Shown here: piece by piece, positions 1 to 7,941 of the stretch
Numbering within the stretch: position 1 is the stretch's first letter
How the letters are laid out: each line of letters begins with the position of its first letter
NCBI RefSeq assembly: GCF_006345805.1
Contig: NW_021827929.1
Span: 1 to 9,523 of the forward strand
DNA from: Octopus sinensis
Lineage: Eukaryota
Length of the DNA: 9,523 nucleotides
Direction: 5' to 3'
Translations under genes and position numbers: made by a program
Notes under the pieces: model-generated
Databases searched by the model: none
What the model saw: the letters and a program-made list of their open reading frames with translations, nothing else
What the model was told of the DNA's origin: nothing

Positions 1-125
1 CTACCATATCCACTCACAAGGCTTTTGGTTCACCTGAAGCTACATTAGAAAACCAGGGAGACACGTAGGGATTGTGACCCGGAACCATATGGTTGGAAGC
101 AAACTGCTTAACACACAGCCCGCCA
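1..125 (-). mobile_element. tRNA-derived SINE family A, 5' head (runs off the left edge)
   Basis: Reverse complement GGCTGTGTGTTAAGCAGTTTGCTTCCAACCATATGGTTCCGGG...AAAAGCCTTGTGAGTGGATATGGTAG aligns with the + copy at 999-1137 and has degenerate A-box/B-box-like motifs. It resembles octopus SINEs as I recall them; subfamily not verified. Confidence 0.8.
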
Positions 126-127
126 AT

Positions 128-187
128 GTACATATGTGTGTGTGTTGTATGTACAATATATATATATATAATGTGTGTACATATGCG

Positions 188-222
<35 letters not shown>

Positions 223-253
223 TATATATCTCATATATACACACACACACCAC

Positions 254-310
<57 letters not shown>

Positions 311-335
311 CTATATATACACGTATACACATAAA
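128..335. repeat. Compound (TA)n/(CA)n microsatellite
   Basis: Visible dinucleotide runs. Confidence 0.95.
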
Positions 336-404
336 TATGGAGAGATGGAGAAATAGGACAGACATACAAACAGATAGTAAGACAGGCATATAGATTGATA
401 GGTA

Positions 405-570
405 GATAAACAGATATATATGTATGTATGTGTGTATGTATATATGTATGTGTGTGCATGTATGTGTGTGTATGTACGTATGTGTTTGTCTACGTGCACA
501 TGTATGCGCGTATCTGTTTCTCTATGTTTATTTGTCTTCGCGCGTGTTTCTCTATCCGGGTATATGTTGG
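405..570. repeat. Degenerate (TG)n/(TATG)n tract
   Basis: Visible alternating purine-pyrimidine low complexity. Confidence 0.85.
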
Positions 571-998
571 TATAATAATGCCATTTTGGGGTTTTGTCTA
601 TACATTTTATATGCATGAATGCTGCTCTTTGAAAGTTAGTATGTTACACTTTATACATTATTCATAGAACCGTATTAAATAAAATGAAAACATAAAGATA
701 TAACCAAAAAAGAAAAAAAACATGGAGGCCAATGTGAAGTGTATGTGTTTAGAAGCTTTGCGGAGTTATGGACCAGATCGTATTTCCGGAGTGCGTGATT
801 TGAAACAGCTAATATATACATATATAAATGTATATATGTGTACGAGAATCTATGAGATCAAATAAAAGAACAGTAGTTACGAAAGAATTAAGGTAAACAT
901 ACACAAAGATAAAAAGAAAATGGCGGCCGTGTTATAACGAAAACAGAAGAGCTGTAGGGGGAAAAACAAGAACATAAGTGAAAAATTTATACTTAGGT

Positions 999-1137
999 GC
1001 AGGCGTGGCTGTGTGGTAAGAAGTTTGATTCTCAGCCACATGGATCTGCGTTCGGTCCTACTGCGTGGCATCTTGGGTGGGCGTCTGCTCTAATAGCCGC
1101 GGGCTGATCAAACCTTCGTGAAAGAAAACAGTCGTGT
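999..1137 (+). mobile_element. tRNA-derived SINE family A, 5' head
   Basis: GCAGGCGTGGCTGTGTGGTAAGAAGTTTG (A-box-like TGGCTGTGTGG) ... GCGTTCGGTCC (B-box-like); homologous to the reverse complement of 1-125. Confidence 0.8.
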
Positions 1138-1154
1138 TAATACTGTATATAATG

Positions 1155-1358
1155 TTTTTACTTGTTTGAGACATTAAATTGCGGCCATGCTGGAGCACAG
1201 TGTTTAAGAATTTAGGTGAAATTAATCGACCCCCCAGAACTTCCATTTTGTTTAAGTTAGATACTTATTATATCCGTTATTTTTGCCGGACCGCTAAGTT
1301 ACGAGGACGTAAGCAACATCAACACCGGTTATCAAGCGGTAGTAGGGGACAAACACGA

Positions 1359-1360
<2 letters not shown>
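1155..1360 (-). mobile_element. SINE family A 3' module, inverted
   Basis: Reverse complement GTGTTTGTCCCCTACTACCGCTTGATAACCGGTGTTG...TTACGTCCTCGTAACTTAGCGGTCCGGCAAAA...GTGCTCCAGCATGGCCGCAATTTAATGTCTCAAACAAGTAAAAA aligns with 1501-1636 and 1748-1950. Confidence 0.85.
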
Positions 1361-1393
<33 letters not shown>

Positions 1394-1500
1394 GACATAC
1401 ACACACACACACACATACACACACACACATATACACACACATATATATATATATATATATAAATACATACACAAACACACATACATATATGTATATGCAC
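1358..1500. repeat. (CA)n/(TA)n microsatellite between inverted SINE modules
   Basis: Visible dinucleotide runs. Confidence 0.95.
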
Positions 1501-1636
1501 GTGTGTCTGTATTTGTCCCCTACTATCATTTGACAACCGGTGTTGGTGTGTTTACGTCTCTGTAACTTGGCCGTTCTGCAAAAGAGACCCATATAATGGG
1601 TACTAAGCTTTAACAATATAGGTACCGGGATGAATT
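1501..1636 (+). mobile_element. SINE family A 3' module, 3'-truncated
   Basis: GTGTGTCTGTATTTGTCCCCTACTATCATTTGACAACCGGTGTTGGTGTGTTTACGTCTCTGTAACTTGGCCGTTCTGCAAAAGAGACC; homologous to the two neighbouring modules, lacks the terminal CCAGCATGG segment. Confidence 0.85.
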
Positions 1637-1747
1637 TGTGGGTGGATTTTGTAGATATGCACGCGTACATGTGTGAGCGCGTGTTTGTGTGTCTATGCGA
1701 TTGTGTGTGTTTTTGTGTGTATGTGTTTTGTGCATGTGTGCGTGACT

Positions 1748-1950
1748 ATGTTTGTCTTTGTCCCTCACCATCGTTTGACAACCGATGTTGGTTTACTTAC
1801 GTCCCCCAAAATTAGTAGTTCGGCAACGGAAGCCGATAAAGAGAGAGTAGACTATAACAAAATATTAGTAAAGGGATCAGTTGTTCGATGAAAACTTTAA
1901 AGGTGGTGCCCCAGCATGGTCGCAGCCTAATGACTGAAAAAGTAAAAAAA
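1748..1950 (+). mobile_element. SINE family A 3' module with intact end
   Basis: TTTGTCCCTCACCATCGTTTGACAACCGATGTTGG...TTACGTCCCC...GGTGGTGCCCCAGCATGGTCGCAGCCTAATGACTGAAAAAGTAAAAAAA; preceded by degenerate (TG)n at 1640-1747. Confidence 0.85.
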
Positions 1951-1973
1951 AATTAAAAAGATTAAAATATTTG

Positions 1974-2340
1974 TGCACACACACACGCACACACACGCAC
2001 ACAAACACACACACACACACACACGCGCACACACACACAGACACACACACAGACACACACACACGCACACACACACACACACGCGCACATACACAAACAC
2101 ACACAGACACACACTCACACACACTCACACATACACACACATACACACAGAGAAACAGACGCACACACAAACACACGCACACACACTCAACCACTCACGC
2201 GAGCACATACACACACACACAGAAACATACACACGCGCACACAAACAGACACACACACACATATATGAGTGTGTTTGTGTGTGTGTGTTTACTATTGTAT
2301 GCAAGTGTGTTTGTGATTGTATGTGTGCGCGCGCACGCGA
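1974..2340. repeat. Long degenerate (CA)n switching to (TG)n/(CG)n
   Basis: About 290 bp of CA repeats with CG/GA variants, then TG/CG alternation. Confidence 0.95.
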
Positions 2341-2594
2341 AAATCCCTATAATATTCTTCTTCCAGCATGTCACACCATATGTTTGAGTGTTACACTTTA
2401 AACGTCTTTATCTATGGAAGGCAATCGGAAACACAATCGAAATCTCTCATGCAATAATATACGTTTATAATATTCCATATATTTCTGCAAAAAAGAAAAA
2501 TTAAAAAAAGACCTAAATAAGATCCATTTATGTAGCGAAGAATTTCCACGGGTCCCGTTTGTCCGTATGAAGGCAATCAAGCGTAAGCGTATAC

Positions 2595-2663
2595 AAAACG
2601 TGTATGTATATGCGTGTGTGTGTGCCTATGTGTGTATATATTTGTGGTGTGTGTGTGTGTGTG
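2595..2663. repeat. (TG)n/(TA)n microsatellite
   Basis: Visible. Confidence 0.9.
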
Positions 2664-2813
2664 TGAGGAAGAAGATTGTTAAGTGTGAGATGACAATGGG
2701 AGGATATAAAGATGTTAAGACACACAATATAAGAAGCTGTACAATTTGAATACGTAACGCGGGGAAATAAATAGATTATGTGCAGAGTTAGATAAAGGTC
2801 GGGTTGGCCTTAA

Positions 2814-2875
2814 TGGTGGCAGTGGTGGTGGTGGTGGTGGTTGTGGTGGTGGAGGGTAGAGGCGGTGGCGGCGGC
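2814..2875. repeat. (GGT)n/(GGC)n trinucleotide tract
   Basis: GGTGGCAGTGGTGGTGGTGGTGGTGGTTGTGGTGGTGGAGGG...GGCGGTGGCGGCGGC. Confidence 0.9.
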
Positions 2876-2984
2876 TCTGGACTGGTTTCAATGTCCCAAG
2901 CGCTTGAAGCGACACGAGAAGGCATTGGCTAAAGAAGTGAGAAATCTTGGATTGTTTACGGAAAGTCATACGTAGAAGAGGAGG

Positions 2985-2997
2985 GATGATGTAGATG

Positions 2998-3029
<32 letters not shown>

Positions 3030-3306
3030 GGTGATGATGATGATGATGGTAGTGGTGATGATTATGATGATGATGGTGATGATGATGATGATGATGACGA
3101 TGACGACGACGACAATGACGATGATGATGATGATGATGTATGACGATAAAGATGATGATGATGATGATGATGGCGATAAAGATGAAGATGACGATGATGA
3201 TGATAGTGATGAAGATGACCATAGTAATGAAAATGATGACGACGATGAAAATGACGATAACGATGATGGTGATGATGATGATGATGATGAAGATGATGAC
3301 GATAAC

Positions 3307-3351
<45 letters not shown>

Positions 3352-3435
3352 AATAAGGAAGATGATGACGATGATGATGATGATGGTGGTGCTGTTGCTG
3401 CTGCTGCTGCTTGTGGTGGTGGTGATGGCTGATGA
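2985..3435. repeat. Degenerate (GAT)n trinucleotide array (~450 bp) ending in GGT/GCT
   Basis: GAT units with mostly single-substitution variants (GAC, GGT, AAT, GAA) and one phase shift near 3138-3141. Confidence 0.95.
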
Positions 3436-3465
3436 TTGACGGATGGATAATCACACCGATAGTTA

Positions 3466-3525
3466 CACTCTCACACACACACATGCAATATACACAGGCA
3501 CGGACACACGCACACACACACACAT
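3466..3525. repeat. Degenerate (CA)n
   Basis: Visible. Confidence 0.85.
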
Positions 3526-3552
3526 CCATATAAATGCATTTGGACGCACGTA

Positions 3553-3571
3553 ATCTATCTATCTATATCTA

Positions 3572-3637
<66 letters not shown>
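3553..3637. repeat. (TATC)n tetranucleotide
   Basis: Near-perfect ATCT run. Confidence 0.95.
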
Positions 3638-3638
<1 letters not shown>

Positions 3639-3940
3639 ATATATATATATATATATATATATCTATATATATGTATATTATATTATATAATATAATATAT
3701 ATATATATATATATATATACACCATATATACATACATAAATATATACATACATATATAAATGTATTGCATAATATATGTATATTATTTATATAGATATGT
3801 ATATATATATATATATATATGTATATATAACATATATATATAATACATATTACTATATATATAACATATATATGCATACATATATATATACATATATTAT
3901 GTATATGTATGTCACATATATATATGTATATATGTATGGG

Positions 3941-3971
<31 letters not shown>

Positions 3972-4010
3972 CCACCAATCTCTGTTTATCGATCTATGTC
4001 TCTCTCTCTC

Positions 4011-4065
<55 letters not shown>

Positions 4066-4215
4066 GTATGCATGGATGTATGTATGTATGCATGTATGTA
4101 TATATATATATATATTTATATATATACACACATATGAACTCAAACCACACACACTCACACACACACGCACAGACACATACACCTACCCACACACACATCC
4201 CCCCCTCTCTCTCTT
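3638..4215. repeat. Compound (TA)n/(CT)n/(TG)n/(TATG)n/(CA)n tract
   Basis: Visible. Confidence 0.95.
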
Positions 4216-4219
4216 TCTG

Positions 4220-4343
4220 TAGATAGATAGATAGACATACAGATATAGATATATAGATAGATAGATAGATCGATAGATAGATAGATAGATAGATAGATAT
4301 AGATAGATAATAGATATATAGATAGATAGATAGATAGAGAGAT

Positions 4344-4376
<33 letters not shown>

Positions 4377-4415
4377 CAGATAGATGATAGATAGATAGAT
4401 AGATAGATAGATGGC

Positions 4416-4453
<38 letters not shown>

Positions 4454-4498
4454 TATAGATAGTAGATAGATAGATAGGATTGAGGATAAATAGCAGAC

Positions 4499-4538
<40 letters not shown>
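4220..4538. repeat. (GATA)n followed by (GACA)n
   Basis: AGAT units 4220-~4478, GACA units 4494-4538. Confidence 0.95.
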
Positions 4539-4539
<1 letters not shown>

Positions 4540-4541
<2 letters not shown>

Positions 4542-4800
4542 GTTGCCCTGTGGTATTTACGGCCAATACACTCAAACCTTAATTACTCGCTAGAAAATCT
4601 AAACTGTTCCCCGTGGAAAATATGGCGGCCATGCAACATTGTCCGGTTTCCAATTGAAGCTATGATTGCAGGGTGGATGGGGGACGGGAGGGGATGTGTG
4701 GTGGCTTTTGTGGCCGGTCTAGAGGAGCGTTTCACTTAGCTGGTTAATCTCGGTTAAACGATGTTACTAGCGACCTCTTTCGGGCGAAGAAATGTTTTAC
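4540..4800 (+). promoter_or_regulatory. Possible cis-regulatory/promoter-like unique island
   Basis: Locally CpG- and GC-richer, non-repetitive. GGCCAAT (CCAAT box) 4561-4567, YY1-like AATATGGCGGCC 4619-4630, canonical G4 motif 4671-4693. Motif co-occurrence only. Confidence 0.25.
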
Positions 4801-4884
4801 ACACTGTTGTCACGGTTTTTGTTTTTTCGTGTGTTTTGTATTTTCGCTTTTTTTTGTCAATATCTTTCATTAAGAACGACTCGG

Positions 4885-5062
4885 TATGTATGTATGTATG
4901 TATGTATGTGTGTATGTATGTATGTATGTGTGTGTGTATGTATGTATGTATGCGTTAGTATATGTCATTATGTGTATTTATGATTTTTCTCTTAGCTTTT
5001 CGTTCTCTTTCTCTTTCTCTTGGTGTGTGTATGAGATTGCATGTGCGTGTGTGCGTGTATGC

Positions 5063-5118
<56 letters not shown>

Positions 5119-5153
5119 TGTTTCTGCATGCGTGTGAGTGTGTGTGTGTGTGT
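4885..5153. repeat. (TATG)n, (TCTTTC)n, (TG)n, (TA)n compound
   Basis: Visible. Confidence 0.9.
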
Positions 5154-5235
5154 GCAATTTATAAATATCTTCCTAGAGGTCAAAAAATCTGTTGAGATGA
5201 ATAAAATGAATAGATGGTGGATTAAATGTCTGTGA

Positions 5236-5403
5236 ATATATGTATATGTATGTATGTATGTGTGTATGTGTATGTATGTGTGTATGTGTGTGGGTATGTA
5301 TGTATGTATGTATGTATGTATGTATGTATGTGTATGTACGTATGTATGTATGTATGTGTGTATCTATTTATGTATCTACATACACACACACACACACACA
5401 ATA

Positions 5404-5443
<40 letters not shown>

Positions 5444-5511
5444 GCACTCGAATAGAGAAGTAAGTTGTAAATAGGGGAATATTTGATTACGAAAATAAGT
5501 ATTTTATATAT

Positions 5512-5550
<39 letters not shown>

Positions 5551-5592
5551 TATATATAATTTTATATATATACATGTATATCTATATATGTA

Positions 5593-5630
<38 letters not shown>

Positions 5631-5960
5631 GATATATATACATAACAATATATATATATATATATGCATATATATGTATACTTACACACACATACAGATA
5701 TATATATATATATATAAATATATAAACACATATACATAATACATATATGTATATATATATACATATACGTACCATACAAATTTATATACCTACATACATA
5801 CAAACATACATACATACATACAAATATACACATATGCGTACACACAAGTATACATATTTGCATATATACATGCATAAACATATTTATTTATAAACTGCAT
5901 GATATAAACTGTCAGACATGATGGAGTATATGTACACATACGTGTGATATGAATATATAT
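5236..5960. repeat. (TATG)n, (CA)n, long (TA)n and degenerate (TACA)n compound
   Basis: Visible. Confidence 0.95.
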
Positions 5961-6334
5961 TTATGTACGTAAATTCTTGCTTATATACATATGTCAGTGT
6001 GTATATATGTGTGCCTTCATATCACGACCAATTCTGGGCTTCTATGAATTTCATTGCTAGTATTAGCTACGATTTAAAGGTCAATGCCTCGCGGTTTTTT
6101 AATAATATCAACTGGGACTGATAAAAAAAAACTACTCGGACTTTCTAATCATCTAAAAATAGAAGCTATATTGAATTTGGTCGGAAATCTAAGATGGCTA
6201 AGTGTATGATATAGGGATTATTAGTTCCTATGTTCCTTTCGTAAGGATCTCGTGTTGGTAGCCATTGTTTTTTTTTCTTTTCTTTTGTTATAATAAACTG
6301 CCTTCGTTTCTGCTATTGCAATAAGCTGCTTTCA

Positions 6335-6559
6335 GGCGGCGAGCTGGCAGAATCGTCAGCACAACGGGCGAAATGCTTTGCGGTATTTCGTTTGCTGCTA
6401 CATTCTGAGTTCAATTCCGCTGAGGTTGACTTTGCCTTTCATCCTTTCGGGGTCGATAAATAAAGTACCAGTTATGCACTGGGGTCGAAGTAATCGACTT
6501 AATCCATTTGTCTGTCCTTGTTTGTCCCCTCTGTGTGTAACCCCTTGTAAAGAAATTAG
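6335..6559 (+). mobile_element. tRNA-derived SINE family B, near full length
   Basis: GGCGGCGAGCTGGCAGAATCGTCAGC (A-box-like TGGCAGAATCG), GAGTTCAATTCC (B-box), ...GGGGTCGATAAA..AAGTACCAGTT..GCACTGGGGTCGA...CCCCTTGT..AAAGAAATTAG; collinear with 8028-8255. Confidence 0.9.
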
Positions 6560-6680
6560 AATCGTTAGCACGTTTGGGAATTCGTCTTAGCGGCGTTTCG
6601 TCCGTGTTTACATTCTGAGTTCATATTTCGCTGAAGTCAGCTTAGCCTTTAATCTTTTCTGGATCGATAAAATAAGTACC
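6558..6680 (+). mobile_element. SINE family B-related copy, 5' part (interrupted after AAGTACC)
   Basis: AGAATCGTTAGCACG...TTAGCGGCGTTTCG...CATTCTGAGTTCATATTTCGCTGAAG...TCGATAAAATAAGTACC aligns with the first ~140 nt of 6335-6559. Confidence 0.85.
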
Positions 6681-6824
6681 ATTATTTACATTATTTACAT
6701 TTGACGGATATTTGTCTTCATCTTGTTTGTTATTAACGTTTCGGCTGATATACCCTCCAGTCTTCATCAGGCGTCTTGGGGGAAAATTTCGAAGCTGGGT
6801 TCTCATTCCTAAGGCATTTTTCGA
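6680..6824 (-). mobile_element. Inverted copy of the composite element's tail (pLTR-like arm)
   Basis: Reverse complement of ~7527-7670; by-eye alignment gives about 19 differences in ~144 nt (~85-87% identity). Confidence 0.9.
6735..6775 (-). ncRNA. Hammerhead ribozyme-like core (degenerate)
   Basis: Minus strand GACGC-CTGATGA-A-GACTG-GAGGGTATAT-CAGCC-GAAA-CGTT; stem II has one mismatch and the stem I 3' arm is missing. Confidence 0.45.
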
Positions 6825-6825
6825 C

Positions 6826-6901
6826 GGGCATATAGTATGGTGGTTAAGATCGCGGGCTACTATCCTCAAGATTCCAGAGTTCGATTCCATGCAGTGACCT
6901 G
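6826..6901 (+). mobile_element. tRNA-like SINE head of the composite element
   Basis: GGGCATATAGTATGGTGGTTAAG (A-box-like) ... GAGTTCGATTCC (B-box) with tRNA-like spacing, followed directly by (AAT)n. Confidence 0.65.
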
Positions 6902-6936
6902 AATAATAATAATAATAATAATAATAAATAATAATG

Positions 6937-6994
<58 letters not shown>

Positions 6995-7001
6995 TAATAA
7001 T
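6902..7001. repeat. (AAT)n array, left of the LINE insertion
   Basis: About 33 AAT units with GAT variants at 6936 and 6993. Confidence 0.95.
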
Positions 7002-7456
7002 ATGATATGACTGTCCCAATTGATATAAACGTATCTGTCAAGACCTACCAAAAACTGAGCAAATATAAAGATCTTGAAATAGAAATCAGCAAAATGTGGA
7101 ACCTGAAGACTAAAACAATACCTGTTGTCATAGGTGCCTTGGGAATGATAGCGAAAGGGGCTGCTTGCTATCTAAATTAGATACCAGGAAACACCAAAAT
7201 GGCAGAAATTCGAAAGATAGTGCTCATGGGAACTGCCCATATCCTACGCAAAATACTCTCTATGTAATCCCAAGGTTTAAAACAACTTTTTTTTTTATTT
7301 ATGTATTAGACATTCACTAGTACAACACCAAAAAAACCCCCAATATATGGCACACTAGCCATAACAACAACGTGAACTTCCAACCTGTTGTCTCTTGAGG
7401 TCTCTGGGTGAGATTTGGAGCCAACTTGTACAGACATAAAGCAAAAGTCAAACATA

Positions 7457-7457
<1 letters not shown>
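7002..7457 (+). mobile_element. 5'-truncated RLE-type non-LTR retrotransposon (R4/Dong-like): ORF end plus 3' UTR
   Basis: Translates to a C-terminal restriction-like endonuclease segment, followed by a ~190-nt 3' UTR and (AAT)n; flanked by (AAT)n on both sides. Confidence 0.75.
7004..7267 (+). pseudogene. C-terminal RLE domain fragment of a non-LTR retrotransposon ORF
   Basis: DMTVPIDINVSVKTYQKLSKYKDLEIEISKMWNLKTKTIPVVIGALGMIAKGAACYLN*IPGNTKMAEIRKIVLMGTAHILRKILSM*. The D-x-x-x-P...K..KY.DL..EI..MW......IPVVIGALG pattern is typical of R4/Dong RLE C-termini. In-frame TAG at 7178-7180, natural stop at 7265-7267. Confidence 0.8.
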
Positions 7458-7513
<56 letters not shown>

Positions 7514-7525
7514 TAATAATAATAA
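7458..7525. repeat. (AAT)n array, right of the LINE insertion
   Basis: AAT units with one GAT variant at 7512. Confidence 0.95.
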
Positions 7526-7724
7526 CATCAAAACATACCTTAGGAATGAGAACCTAAGTTCGAATTTTCCCCAAGACACCTGAAGAAGGCTGGAGGGTAT
7601 AACAGCCGAAACGTTAGCAACAAACAAGACGAGGATAAATATCTGTCAACTGTAAATAATGTAAATAATGTAAATAATGTACATAATTCCTGATCTCTTA
7701 AATATAGAACTGTATTAAGATACT
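7526..7724 (+). mobile_element. Tail of the composite element (pLTR-like, hammerhead-bearing) with (TGTAAATAA)x3
   Basis: Homologous to the inverted arm 6680-6824; 9-bp tandem repeat at 7651-7680. Confidence 0.8.
7575..7615 (+). ncRNA. Hammerhead ribozyme-like core (type I minimal form, stem I incomplete)
   Basis: GACAC-CTGAAGA(7580-7586)-A-GGCTG/CAGCC perfect 5-bp stem II with 10-nt loop-GAAA(7608-7611)-palindromic ACGT stem III and GUU triplet; the following AGCAA does not pair with GACAC. Confidence 0.5.
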
Positions 7725-7812
7725 TACCAGTTGATCACTGCAGTCGATGTAATTGACTTACTCCCCACCTCTCTCCCAAATTGCTGGCATTGTGCCAAAA
7801 TACGAAACAATT
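7725..7812 (+). mobile_element. SINE family B-related copy, 3' part (resumes after the insertion)
   Basis: TACCAGTTGATCACTGCAGTCGATGTAATTGACTTA matches what follows AAGTACC in the intact copies (AGTTATGCACTGGGGTCGAAGTAATCGACTTA), then has a different 3' tail (AAATTGCTGGCATTGTGCCAAAA). Confidence 0.8.
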
Positions 7813-7883
7813 GTAATAAAACGGCTTTTATTTGAAGACAGCAATTGTCTGTAGGTGTTCTTTTATAGATGTGTGCATCTTCA

Positions 7884-7936
7884 TCTTTATCTTTTGTTTC
7901 AGTCATTAGATTGCGGCTAAGCTGCAGCAACACTTT
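7884..7936 (-). mobile_element. SINE family A 3' tip
   Basis: Reverse complement GTGTTGCTGCAGCTTAGCCGCAATCTAATGACTGAAACAAAAGATAAAGA matches the ends of 1748-1950 and 1155-1360. Confidence 0.7.
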
Positions 7937-7941
7937 GAAGA

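Noticed and set aside
722-865. 47-aa ORF MEANVKCMCLEALRSYGPDR...
   Set aside because: Short, no recognisable motif, runs into TA-rich low complexity
1974-2340. Z-DNA-forming element as a special feature
   Set aside because: Alternating purine-pyrimidine tracts are everywhere in this window, so nothing singles this one out
2995-3432. Poly-Met/poly-Asp ORF resembling acidic mollusc matrix proteins such as Aspein
   Set aside because: Variants are mostly single substitutions of GAT, the array changes phase near 3140, the first Asp frame has a stop just upstream (2973) and ends at 3141, and there is no signal peptide or good acceptor; it fits a neutral microsatellite
14-5881. Dozens of 60-155 aa ORFs (YIYI, CVCV, THTH, poly-H, poly-M)
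   Set aside because: They are translations of di-, tri- and tetranucleotide repeats that lack stops in some frames; no domain or coding signature
6826-6901. Genuine tRNA gene
   Set aside because: A/B boxes are present but I cannot build a convincing acceptor stem, and it runs into (AAT)n with no poly-T terminator; better read as a SINE head
6378-7051. ORFs 6378-6590, 6712-6897, 6642-7019 and neighbours
   Set aside because: They lie wholly within SINE, tail-arm and (AAT)n sequence
7651-7680. (TGTAAATAA)x3 or SINE repeats as a CRISPR-like array
   Set aside because: No spacers, eukaryotic context; it is a tandem repeat within the element tail
7720-7728. U1 snRNA 5' end (ATACTTACC)
   Set aside because: Only 9 nt match and the downstream sequence is SINE; kept only as a minus-strand donor site
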